Shown here piece by piece: positions 1-10,314 of a stretch of 64,000 nt of DNA. A program made the position numbers and the translations under genes. How positions within the stretch are numbered: the first letter of the stretch is position 1; the number at the start of each line of letters is the position of its first letter. Under the pieces are notes generated by a model. That model ran no database searches, was not told where the DNA came from, and saw nothing but the letters and a program-made list of their open reading frames with translations. The stretch is from Patescibacteria group bacterium (GTDB lineage: Bacteria > Patescibacteriota > Microgenomatia > UBA8517): NCBI GenBank assembly GCA_026416845.1, contig JAOAEL010000002.1, positions 47,422-111,421 on the forward strand, written 5' to 3'.

Positions 1-150
1 CAAAGCATCCGCGATTGCGCCAAGATCTGCTCTTCTTTGAGCATCACGCGCTTTTCTTTCGGCAATTGAAAGATTTGAAATCATAAATACGAAAACGCCA
101 ATCAAGACAACCCCAACGGCTAAAAGTTCGTTCTTATTAAAAAATCTCAT
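1..150 (-). CDS. Partial pilin-like / pseudopilin N-terminus (gene continues beyond window start)
   Basis: Reverse translation MRFFNKNELLAVGVVLIGVFVFMISNLSIAERKARDAQRRADLGAIADAL: N-terminal hydrophobic helix followed by an ARD-QR-D-L-I-AL motif like the pilins at 1045 and 2008. No canonical G|FTLIE cleavage motif, so the class is uncertain. Confidence 0.4.
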   Translation of the reverse strand, partial: MRFFNKNELLAVGVVLIGVFVFMISNLSIAERKARDAQRRADLGAIADAL

Positions 151-153
151 GAT

Positions 154-963
154 CTAGAATTGATAGAAATAACTTAATCTATCAAAAAAAGCAAGTGTGA
201 TAAAAAAACCAATTACCAAAAACGGACCAAAGGCAATTTTGGACCTTAATTTTATTTTTTTGGCAAACAACAAAAAAGCAGAAAATATACCACCCACGAC
301 AAAACTAACCATAAGCCAATATATAGTTCCGTTTAATCCTAAAATTATTCCCACAGGTAATGACAACTTGACATCTCCAAGTCCCATGCCGCGTCCCCCT
401 GTAACAAAGTGCAAAAGCAATAAAAAATTAGACGCCAAAAATCCAGAGAATAGATAAGAATATAAAAAGCCATTGTTAAATAAAATTAAAAGCAAAATTG
501 AAACGCCCAATAAAAAAAACACAAGTTCGTCAGGAATAATCATATAATCATAATCTATCAAAAATATTGAAACCAAAATTGTAATAATCACAAAAAGCGA
601 CAAAAGAGATATGAAATGCTCGTAGCCTGATTTGTTGCAGAGTAGGGAAGTGTCTTGGCAAAATTTTAAGTAAAAACTCGCAAACACAAAAAGCGCGCCT
701 GTCACTATCTCAAGCAAGAAATATCTGTAGGATATTCTTTTGTGACAAAAAGCGCACCGCCCACGCAAAAGTAAAAATCCCAAAAGGGGAATGTTGTGTT
801 TCCAAATCAGCTTTTGTTTGCATTGGGGACAATAAGAAGGCTTGAAGACAAAATCCTCGCCTTTGGGGAGACGCGAAGTTAAAACAGATATAAAAGAGCC
901 AAAACAGGAACCAAGAATAAAAATTAATGATTCTAACATAATCCCAAAACCAAAAACCTGCAA
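154..963 (-). CDS. pilD: Prepilin peptidase (A24 family, PilD-like)
   Basis: Multi-TM protein with the CPQC...C..C zinc-binding motif (YCPQCKQKL...GRCAFCHKRIS) and the two-aspartate A24 architecture. Lies directly downstream of the pilin genes. Confidence 0.85.
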   Translation of the reverse strand: MQVFGFGIMLESLIFILGSCFGSFISVLTSRLPKGEDFVFKPSYCPQCKQKLIWKHNIPLLGFLLLRGRCAFCHKRISYRYFLLEIVTGALFVFASFYLKFCQDTSLLCNKSGYEHFISLLSLFVIITILVSIFLIDYDYMIIPDELVFFLLGVSILLLILFNNGFLYSYLFSGFLASNFLLLLHFVTGGRGMGLGDVKLSLPVGIILGLNGTIYWLMVSFVVGGIFSAFLLFAKKIKLRSKIAFGPFLVIGFFITLAFFDRLSYFYQF

Positions 964-989
964 TCATAGTATACAAATAGTTATCAATT

Positions 990-1019
990 AAAAAAAAGAT
1001 GCCAGCTTTTACTGGCATC
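990..1019 (-). terminator. Rho-independent terminator after pilin gene 1
   Basis: On the minus strand the hairpin GATGCCAGUAAAAGCUGGCAUC is followed by U8, about 25 nt downstream of the pilin stop at 1045. Confidence 0.7.
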
Positions 1020-1044
1020 CTCATAAAACACGAAAAATCGGCAA

Positions 1045-1584
1045 CTACTGAATAGAATTCCAATTTTGGTTGCCGGGAGTTGGCGGGGTATCACTACAAA
1101 CCAAACCGGCTCTTCCATCAATAGTTGAATACACAAAAAATGGCTGAAGCCCACTATTACATTTGCTTATCTCGCTTTCCGATTCCATTCTGGCAAAGAC
1201 AATTGCGTTATTTTCTATATCATCATAATCGTAGCATAGGTTGTTAGCACGTACAGCTCCTGCACCACAATTTGGATCATCAGCCCCTATAGAGTAGGTG
1301 ATAGCAGAAGGAACAGTAGAAAGTTCTCCTGAAACAGCTAAAGAATTTAGCCATTGATCATCCTCTGTTACATAAGTTGCGTTTCTTGCAGTGTAATAAG
1401 CTTGCAAAGTTCTTCCTACCTGACCTATCGCACTCTTTCTGCCCGCATCCCTTGTTCTTGCCAATTGTTGTACAGGATTAACAGCAACCAAGACCACAAC
1501 TGCTAAAACTCCTAGAATTGCAATAACAATTAAAAGCTCTATCAAGGTGAAACCAAAATAGTTCGAGTATGAATTCTTTTTCAT
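1045..1584 (-). CDS. Type IV pilin (major pilin paralog 1)
   Basis: Class III signal/N-methylation motif GFTLIELLIVIAILGVLAVVV. C-terminal Cys pair (NNLCYDYD...GLVCSD). Strong SD AAGGAGGTG sits 9 nt upstream of the ATG. Confidence 0.85.
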   Translation of the reverse strand: MKKNSYSNYFGFTLIELLIVIAILGVLAVVVLVAVNPVQQLARTRDAGRKSAIGQVGRTLQAYYTARNATYVTEDDQWLNSLAVSGELSTVPSAITYSIGADDPNCGAGAVRANNLCYDYDDIENNAIVFARMESESEISKCNSGLQPFFVYSTIDGRAGLVCSDTPPTPGNQNWNSIQ

Positions 1585-1863
1585 CTTTTTTTCACCTCCT
1601 TTTCTTGCAAGTTTTATCTAAAGTTTTAAAAAAACAAAAACTGGCAAAGCTAATTCCAGTATTCAGTCAAAGTGTATCTAATGTCAAGTTTTATCAAAGT
1701 TCTTGACTTTCAATTAAGAAACAATTGAGAAATAATGAGCCACATTTTTTGGAATTTTAAACTAACTCAAAAAAAGCGAAACGTATACATTAACACGAAC
1801 ACGCTAAATTTTTCCATTAAATTTATCCTTATCCTAGTTTACAATAACCAACACAACCCAATT

Positions 1864-1912
1864 AAGATTAGAAATGCAAAATCTAAATAAGATTAGAAAT
1901 GCAAAATCTAAA
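1864..1912. repeat. Tandem direct repeat, 2 x 24 bp (AAGATTAGAAATGCAAAATCTAAA) separated by 1 nt
   Basis: Perfect copies at 1864..1887 and 1889..1912, lying between the terminator of pilin 2 and the start of pilin 1. Confidence 0.8.
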
Positions 1913-1925
1913 ACAGAATAATCTA

Positions 1926-1957
1926 GGAAAAAAAGGGTACCCCTCGAGGCACCCTTT
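1926..1957 (-). terminator. Rho-independent terminator after pilin gene 2
   Basis: GC-rich hairpin (AAAGGGUGCC..GGGUACCCUUU) followed by a U-run on the minus strand, about 50 nt downstream of the pilin stop at 2008. Confidence 0.6.
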
Positions 1958-2007
1958 AAAAATTAAAAATAATTTTTGCTAATTTTGCAAATTAACCAAT
2001 TAGCCAA

Positions 2008-2568
2008 TTATTGCACACTATTCCACGTCCAACCACCAGTGGTACCATCCGTTGCAGCCGTAGGGGCAGAAGCACTACAAACTAAACCTCCTCTCCCTTG
2101 ACGGCTAGAGTAAACAAAATATGCTACAGTACCAGTTGCACATTTACTAGCTTCAACATTAGATTCCATTCGTGCATAAACGATAACACGTCCTAATGTT
2201 GTATCGTAATCATAACACAAGTTATTCTGCTCTGCGGCGCCAGAACATCCTGCATTGCCAGAAGCATAGGATATGGCTGAAGGCGCAGATGCTAGCTCTC
2301 CTGAAGTGACAAGCGAATCTAACCAAGTGGCATTCTCCGTAACATATGTACCATTCCTCGCAGTGTAATATGCCTGCAAAGCTCGTCCTAATTGAGTTAT
2401 CGCGCTTTTCCTACCTGAATCTCTAGTTCTTGCTAACTGCTGTACAGGATTAATAGCCACCAAAACCACAACCGCTAAAACTCCTAAAATCGCAATAACG
2501 ATGAGCAACTCAATGAGGGTAAAACCTGAAGGTTTGGCAGTATTTTTCAATTTATTCATCGTTCTCAC
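2008..2568 (-). CDS. Type IV pilin (major pilin paralog 2)
   Basis: GFTLIELLIVIAILGVLAVVVLVAINPVQQLARTRD is almost identical to the N-terminus of the 1045..1584 pilin. The central region is divergent and the C-terminal NNLCYDYD...GLVCS motif is shared. Confidence 0.85.
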   Translation of the reverse strand: MRTMNKLKNTAKPSGFTLIELLIVIAILGVLAVVVLVAINPVQQLARTRDSGRKSAITQLGRALQAYYTARNGTYVTENATWLDSLVTSGELASAPSAISYASGNAGCSGAAEQNNLCYDYDTTLGRVIVYARMESNVEASKCATGTVAYFVYSSRQGRGGLVCSASAPTAATDGTTGGWTWNSVQ

Positions 2569-2732
2569 CCCCTTGGCAGAAAACTAAAACTTTAAGGTTA
2601 TCTGAAACCTTAATTCAAGCCAAAAGAAAAATTGGCTTAAAAAAATTTATAATTTTCTTACATTTAAGTATTAAACACCAAAATACAACGTGTCAAGAGC
2701 AAAGCGAAGAAATTGAAAGATACAAAAAATAT

Positions 2733-3938
2733 TTACAAGTTTGTGGTCAGATTATAAATTGGCATGATTACAGAAATGATCAAAAAGGCAACCCCTATGC
2801 CTAAAATTATCAAAATGGCAGGCTCTATAGCCGTGGTAAGCGCTTTTACCTTCTGCTCACTCTCCACTTCGAAAACATGACTGACCTTTTGCAAAACCTC
2901 ATCCACCTTGCCTGTTTCCTCTCCCACGGATACCATTTGAGCCAAAATAAAAGGAAAAGCATCAGGATGTCTGGCAAAAGCGTATCCCAAAGGGAAGCCC
3001 TTTTCAACTAATTTCGCCACATCTTTGACAGCATTTGAAATTACAACATTTGGCACTGCTTCTCCCACTATGGATAAACTTTCAAGTATTGAAACACCAG
3101 CTCCAATCATAAGGCTTAAAGTTCTAGTAAAATCAGTCAAAAAAATTGTTCGCATAAGCTCGCCAATTATGGGAATTTTAAAAAGCATTTCATCTGTTGT
3201 CAGACGACCATCCTTTGTGTCCCTATATAGTTTAAAGCCCCAAGCTAAAGCTCCCATGATAATTAAAATTATCGGCCAAAAATTAACCATAAAGTCAGAT
3301 GTAGACATTAAAATCTTGGTCGTGATAGGCAAATCGGCATTTAATTGGCCATAAAGAGATGTAAGCCTTGGAACAACAAAAATCATCATTATAAAAGCAA
3401 CAATTATCATGCCAACCACTATAATTACAGGATATACTAAAGCCCCTTTTACTTTGCCTTGAAACTCTTGTTGTTTTTCTAAATCGTTTGCCAAACGAGT
3501 TAAAATTTCATCCAAAACTCCGCTAGTTTCACCTGCCTTCACAAGAGCGATATAGTTTTTTGAAAAGACTTTCGGATGCTTTGCCATCGCAAAAGAAAGC
3601 GATTCTCCCTGCTGAACATCGGCAAGTATCTGATTTACTATTTTTTGCACAGATTCTTTTGAACCAGCAGACAGAATTGACAATGCTTCAGTCAAGGGAA
3701 GTCCTGAATTAATCATGGTTGCAAGCTGTCTGGTAAATGCAACAAGATCTGCGAATTTGATTCTTTCGCTCATCTTTTGCAAAAACGATAAAGAAAAACC
3801 TGAAGCGTCTGATATGGAAATTACAAACAAACCTCGTTTTTGTAGAAGTTTGGCGGCTGTTTCAGCAGTAGGGGATTCTACTTCTCCCGTCATCAACTTT
3901 CCATCCTGATTTTTGGCTTTAAACTTAAATCTTTTCAT
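2733..3938 (-). CDS. pilC: Type IV pilus assembly platform protein PilC (GspF family)
   Basis: 401 aa with duplicated T2SS-F domain architecture and three TM segments. Lies between the pilT/pilB ATPase genes and the pilins. Confidence 0.8.
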   Translation of the reverse strand: MKRFKFKAKNQDGKLMTGEVESPTAETAAKLLQKRGLFVISISDASGFSLSFLQKMSERIKFADLVAFTRQLATMINSGLPLTEALSILSAGSKESVQKIVNQILADVQQGESLSFAMAKHPKVFSKNYIALVKAGETSGVLDEILTRLANDLEKQQEFQGKVKGALVYPVIIVVGMIIVAFIMMIFVVPRLTSLYGQLNADLPITTKILMSTSDFMVNFWPIILIIMGALAWGFKLYRDTKDGRLTTDEMLFKIPIIGELMRTIFLTDFTRTLSLMIGAGVSILESLSIVGEAVPNVVISNAVKDVAKLVEKGFPLGYAFARHPDAFPFILAQMVSVGEETGKVDEVLQKVSHVFEVESEQKVKALTTAIEPAILIILGIGVAFLIISVIMPIYNLTTNL

Positions 3939-3959
3939 GCTCAGAAAAAAGAGGTGGAA

Positions 3960-5018
3960 TTAATTCACTCGCACCAAACGCGAAAGCTCATCTGGCCTTT
4001 GTGCATATGACTTTGCAGTTTCTAAATCTACTTTGCCATCTCTCACATGTTTGGCTAAAGACATTTCAAGGGTATTCATGCCAAGTTCGGTTGATGTTTG
4101 GATAATATTATCTATCTGATGAACTTTGCCTTCTCTTATTGCCGTCCTCACTGCCGATGTCCCAAGCATTACTTCATACGCAACTACACGTCCGCCATGC
4201 AAATCAGGAACAAGCCTCATAGAAAACACCGCTTCCACTACGTTTGCCAATTGAAAACGAACTTGTTCTTGTTGTTCGTTGGGGAATACATCGACAATAC
4301 GGTCAATTGTTTGAGCCGCGGAATTTGTATGAAGTGTGGCAAATACCAAATGCCCAGTTTCTGCAACAGTTAAAGCAGATGCTATTGTCTCATAATCTCG
4401 CATTTCTCCTATTAAAACAACATCAGGATCTTCACGAAGAACGGATTTTAAAGCCATTTGCCAAGAAAGAGAATCTTTACCAATCTCACGTTGGGAAATA
4501 ATACATTTTATAGGCTTAAAAATGAATTCTATGGGATCTTCTATTGTAACTATATGTCCAGATCTAGAAGAGTTGATTTCATTTAACATCGCCGCGAGTG
4601 TGGTAGATTTACCATGTCCAGTAGGCCCAGTGACTAAAATTAATCCTTGCCTTAAACCAGTAAAAGTATGCAATACTGTAGGTAAACCCAATTCATCTAC
4701 CGTAGGAATCGAAAGAGGGATTAATCTAAACGCTATAGCAGGAGTACCTTTTTGTGTATAAGCATTAACGCGAAAACGAACTTTGTTGGAAAAAGAGTAA
4801 GAAAAATCAATTTCTTTGTTTAAAGTAAATTTTTCATACTGTTCCGCAGAAAGTATTTGTTTTAAATACTTTTCTATTACATCAGAAGTCAATACAAATT
4901 CTCCGGAAATAGGAGATAATACTCCATGAATACGCAAATAAGGCGGGACACCACTAATAACATGCAAATCTGAAGCACTTTTAGCTATAGTTAACTCTAA
5001 CAAATCCTTGATTTCCAT
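3960..5018 (-). CDS. pilT: Twitching motility ATPase PilT
   Basis: 352 aa. Walker A GPTGHGKSTT, the PilT-type DVVLIGEMRD Asp box and His box (ATLHTNSAAQTIDRI). Confidence 0.85.
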   Translation of the reverse strand: MEIKDLLELTIAKSASDLHVISGVPPYLRIHGVLSPISGEFVLTSDVIEKYLKQILSAEQYEKFTLNKEIDFSYSFSNKVRFRVNAYTQKGTPAIAFRLIPLSIPTVDELGLPTVLHTFTGLRQGLILVTGPTGHGKSTTLAAMLNEINSSRSGHIVTIEDPIEFIFKPIKCIISQREIGKDSLSWQMALKSVLREDPDVVLIGEMRDYETIASALTVAETGHLVFATLHTNSAAQTIDRIVDVFPNEQQEQVRFQLANVVEAVFSMRLVPDLHGGRVVAYEVMLGTSAVRTAIREGKVHQIDNIIQTSTELGMNTLEMSLAKHVRDGKVDLETAKSYAQRPDELSRLVRVN

Positions 5019-5019
5019 A

Positions 5020-6765
5020 TTACTCTTGTGCTACACGCAAAATTTCTTCAACTGTGGTAATCCCTTCTATTACTTTTAAATAACCATCTTGTTTCATAGT
5101 TACCATACCTTCTTCCCGAGCCTGTTTTTCTATTTCTCCGGAACTTGCTCGTTCCAAAATAAGCCTACTAATTTTTTCACTTACTGGCAATACTTCAAAA
5201 ATACCTACTCTTCCATAGTAACCTGTATTTCCACACTCAGAGCAACCAGCACCTTTGTAAAATTTTGATGACATATCTCTCTTCCATAAAGGTCCTAAGA
5301 CGTTCTGCATTTCTTCTAAAACCTTTGGTTCCAAATTTTGCTCAATTTTACAACTTGCATGTATTTTTCTGACAACACGCTGTGCAACAATTGCAGTTAC
5401 TGATGAAGCCAGCAAAAAAGGTTCAGCTTTCATATCAAGAAGTCTTGGCAATGCGCCAGCAGCGTCGTTTGTATGCAAAGTTGCAAACACAAGATGCCCT
5501 GTAAGCGACGCTTGAATTGCCAAGTCCGCAGTTTCTGAATCCCTAATTTCTCCAACCAAAATAATGTTTGGATCTTGTCTTAAAAAAGCTCTTAAACCAG
5601 ATGCAAAAGTTAGGCCAGCCGCTGGATTCACTTGAACCTGATTAACACCCGGAATTTTGTATTCAATTGGATCTTCGAGAGTAACAATATTTACCTTAGG
5701 AGTATTTAATTTTTGAATAATTGAATACAAAGTTGTCGTTTTCCCTGAACCAGTAGGCCCTGTAATTAAAATAATACCATGAGGCTTCAATATTGCTTCT
5801 TGTAAATTCTTTAATGCCAAACCTCTAAATCCCAAATCTGGCAAATCAGGAACGCCACCTGTTTTTTTAAGTATTCTCATAACAATTTTCTCACCAAGGG
5901 CAGTAGGCAATGTAGAAACACGCAAATCTACTTCTTGATTTTCAAATCTAAAATTAAACCTTCCATCTTGCGGAACTCGCTTTTCATCAATTTTCATATC
6001 AGACAATATTTTTATACGAGAAACCAAAGCATCGTGAAGCTCACGAGGAATAGTAAGACTTTCCTGCAATATTCCATCAATCCTATACCTCACTCGTGTC
6101 GAACGCTCTTGAGGTTCAATATGAATATCGGAAGCTCGAGCTTTAATCGAATAACTAAGAATATGCATAACAATTTCGCCAATCTTTTCCTCACGAATCA
6201 CACCAACACGTGTCGAATCAAATGTACGAACTTTTGAATTTGTTCCAATAACATCTTTTAAAGCTTCAGAAACTTCACGGGCCAATGTAGAACTGTAAGA
6301 AGTAGAAATCATTAAATCAATTTTCGTAGGTTCCGCAGCAAAAGGTTTAACTATCATTCCAGTCTTTCGCTCTATAAATTCTATTGCACCAAGATCGAGA
6401 GGATTTGCCATTGCCAAAGAAAACTGTTTTGATGATTTATCAACCGAAATAGGAAAAACTTTAAATCTATTTGCTATTTCCTGTGTAATTAAAGCTAAAG
6501 CTTCAGGAGAAATTGGGATAGAATCAAGATCAACATAAGAAACATTATAAAGTTCTGCTTTAGCCTTGGTAAGAGAACTTTCATCCACAAGATTTTGAGA
6601 TTTAATTATTTCTTCTTGGCTTTTGCCAGTTTGTACTTCCAAAAGTTTTACTTGCTTTGCACGATTTTCATCAAAAACTCCATAACCCAAAAGTATGTCA
6701 ACCAAAGTTCTAGCAGATGAAAATTGAGACAAATTATAATTTTTTGACATGCTTTGCATAAACAA
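5020..6765 (-). CDS. pilB: Type IV pilus assembly ATPase PilB (GspE family)
   Basis: 581 aa. An N-terminal GspE-N-like domain, Walker A GPTGSGKTTT and a CSECGNTGY tetracysteine zinc motif. Confidence 0.85.
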   Translation of the reverse strand: MFMQSMSKNYNLSQFSSARTLVDILLGYGVFDENRAKQVKLLEVQTGKSQEEIIKSQNLVDESSLTKAKAELYNVSYVDLDSIPISPEALALITQEIANRFKVFPISVDKSSKQFSLAMANPLDLGAIEFIERKTGMIVKPFAAEPTKIDLMISTSYSSTLAREVSEALKDVIGTNSKVRTFDSTRVGVIREEKIGEIVMHILSYSIKARASDIHIEPQERSTRVRYRIDGILQESLTIPRELHDALVSRIKILSDMKIDEKRVPQDGRFNFRFENQEVDLRVSTLPTALGEKIVMRILKKTGGVPDLPDLGFRGLALKNLQEAILKPHGIILITGPTGSGKTTTLYSIIQKLNTPKVNIVTLEDPIEYKIPGVNQVQVNPAAGLTFASGLRAFLRQDPNIILVGEIRDSETADLAIQASLTGHLVFATLHTNDAAGALPRLLDMKAEPFLLASSVTAIVAQRVVRKIHASCKIEQNLEPKVLEEMQNVLGPLWKRDMSSKFYKGAGCSECGNTGYYGRVGIFEVLPVSEKISRLILERASSGEIEKQAREEGMVTMKQDGYLKVIEGITTVEEILRVAQE

Positions 6766-6875
6766 TTTATTATTGTCAAAAAATAAAAAGCATTCAAGAA
6801 ACGAAAATTAAACTTAAAACTTTAACTTTAATTGATTACCCAAATATTATATTTTTACAATTATTAAGTGAAACC

Positions 6876-7499
6876 ATGCACGCATACCTTTTTGTCGGAA
6901 ATCAAGAAAATCTTAAAAATAATGTCAACAATTTAGCTAAAAAAATTTCTGCTCACGTCTATCCTATGCAAATAAAAAGTATCAAAGATGTTAATGTCAT
7001 AAGTTCATTTATTAAACTAGCTCAAAATCAAAAAATAATTATTACAATAGAAAACATCCAAAATGCCTCAAACGAAGCTTTGCAAGCATTTTTAAAAGAT
7101 TTAGAAGAACCACAAAAAAATGTATACTTCGCCTTACATGCATTAAACGAAAGTAATTTATTGCCAACAATAATTTCAAGGTGTCAGGTTATATATATTG
7201 GCAACAAAAACAACTTTAAAAAAGACCCATCTTTGTTAAAAGAATATTTCTCGGTTCCTCTTCAAGAAAAATTAAATATAATTGACAATCTAAAGGACAG
7301 AAATGAAACAATTGAATTTTTGGATGATATTCTAAAATTGCAACATCAAATTTTGCTAAAAAATCCTAATTTAGAAATGGTACGAGATATAGAAATTGTG
7401 CAAAAAACAAAAAGAAATATTATGCTAAATGGAAATTTGTTTTTGCATTTGTCGCAAATGACAATCTCACTTAGTCAAACCAAAAAAACTAGTGCTTAA
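6876..7499 (+). CDS. DNA polymerase III delta-prime-like protein (short, degenerate AAA+)
   Basis: The N-terminal MHAYLFVG resembles the HolB HAYLF.G start, but there is no Walker A. Sits just upstream of gyrB. Confidence 0.4.
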   Translation: MHAYLFVGNQENLKNNVNNLAKKISAHVYPMQIKSIKDVNVISSFIKLAQNQKIIITIENIQNASNEALQAFLKDLEEPQKNVYFALHALNESNLLPTIISRCQVIYIGNKNNFKKDPSLLKEYFSVPLQEKLNIIDNLKDRNETIEFLDDILKLQHQILLKNPNLEMVRDIEIVQKTKRNIMLNGNLFLHLSQMTISLSQTKKTSA

Positions 7500-7590
7500 A
7501 TTTGATTTTTAAGGCCTATCTCGTATAAACTGCCACAAGCACAATCTAAAAGGCTTAAGTAAAAATCGCAATCAAAAATCAAAAAAATAA

Positions 7591-9567
<1,977 letters not shown>

Positions 9568-9659
9568 AATTATCTTATTTATGCGAAAGAATCATTTTTG
9601 TAATATGCTTATGCATTCATAATTGCCAAAGTTTTTATTTTTGTTTTATAATAGCTTGT

Positions 9660-10196
9660 ATGAATTTGCTCCACGATATTCCCGCAGGCGATCCAGAAAA
9701 ACTGGTAAATGTAGTAATTGAAATACCAGTGGGAAGTCAAATAAAATATGAGTACAATAAGGAACTTGGCATAATCTCCGCCGATAGGTTTTTGTACACA
9801 GCTTTTACATATCCTTTTAATTATGGTTTTATCCCAGGCACATGGAGCGAAGACGAAGACCCGCTTGATATAGTGGTGATTGCAAGTCAACCAATATCAA
9901 CAGGTACTCTTGTTGAATGTCGAGTAATTGGTATGCTTGCAACAGAAGACGAAGAAGGAAAAGACGCTAAATTAATCGCTTTGCCAAAAGCAAAAGTTGA
10001 TCCAGTTTATGCTGAAATTGATGATATCAAAAATTTACCGGAAGCGCTAAAAAACAAAATCAAGCACTTCTACGAAAATTATAAAACCATCGAGCCGGGC
10101 AAATGGGTTAAAGTGACAGGATGGCAAGCAAAAGAAAAGGCAATAAAAACAGTCAAAGAGAGTATAACAAGATACCAACGCCATTTTAAAAAATAA
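9660..10196 (+). CDS. ppa: Inorganic pyrophosphatase (family I)
   Basis: VVIEIPVGSQIKYEY, DPLDIVV and FNYGFIP family I PPase motifs. 178 aa. Confidence 0.9.
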   Translation: MNLLHDIPAGDPEKLVNVVIEIPVGSQIKYEYNKELGIISADRFLYTAFTYPFNYGFIPGTWSEDEDPLDIVVIASQPISTGTLVECRVIGMLATEDEEGKDAKLIALPKAKVDPVYAEIDDIKNLPEALKNKIKHFYENYKTIEPGKWVKVTGWQAKEKAIKTVKESITRYQRHFKK

Positions 10197-10314
10197 CGCT
10201 TCTTGGCACGTTTTGCTTGATAAAATAAATCAAACACTCTACAATGTCTGATGTTTGGCGGCTAAATAGCTTAATTTTTTTCAACAAAACTTGAATTAAA
10301 AAAATTAATTTTCT

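Noticed and set aside
710-1063. 117-aa ORF overlapping pilD on the same strand in another frame
   Set aside because: It lies entirely inside or overlapping the well-supported prepilin peptidase gene and has a low-complexity aromatic-rich sequence. Judged a spurious overlapping frame.
3025-4761. Several 60-110 aa ORFs antisense to pilC/pilT
   Set aside because: They are embedded in strongly supported genes on the opposite strand with no motifs, the typical shadow ORFs of AT-rich DNA. Other antisense ORFs were rejected on the same grounds (e.g. 19723..20100, 24234..24686, 52704..53021, 55716..55967).
6766-6875. Divergent pilB / holB-like intergenic region as a possible origin of replication (strand-switch point near gyrB/gyrA)
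   Set aside because: Only 110 bp long and no DnaA-box-like motifs were seen. It is more likely just divergent promoters.
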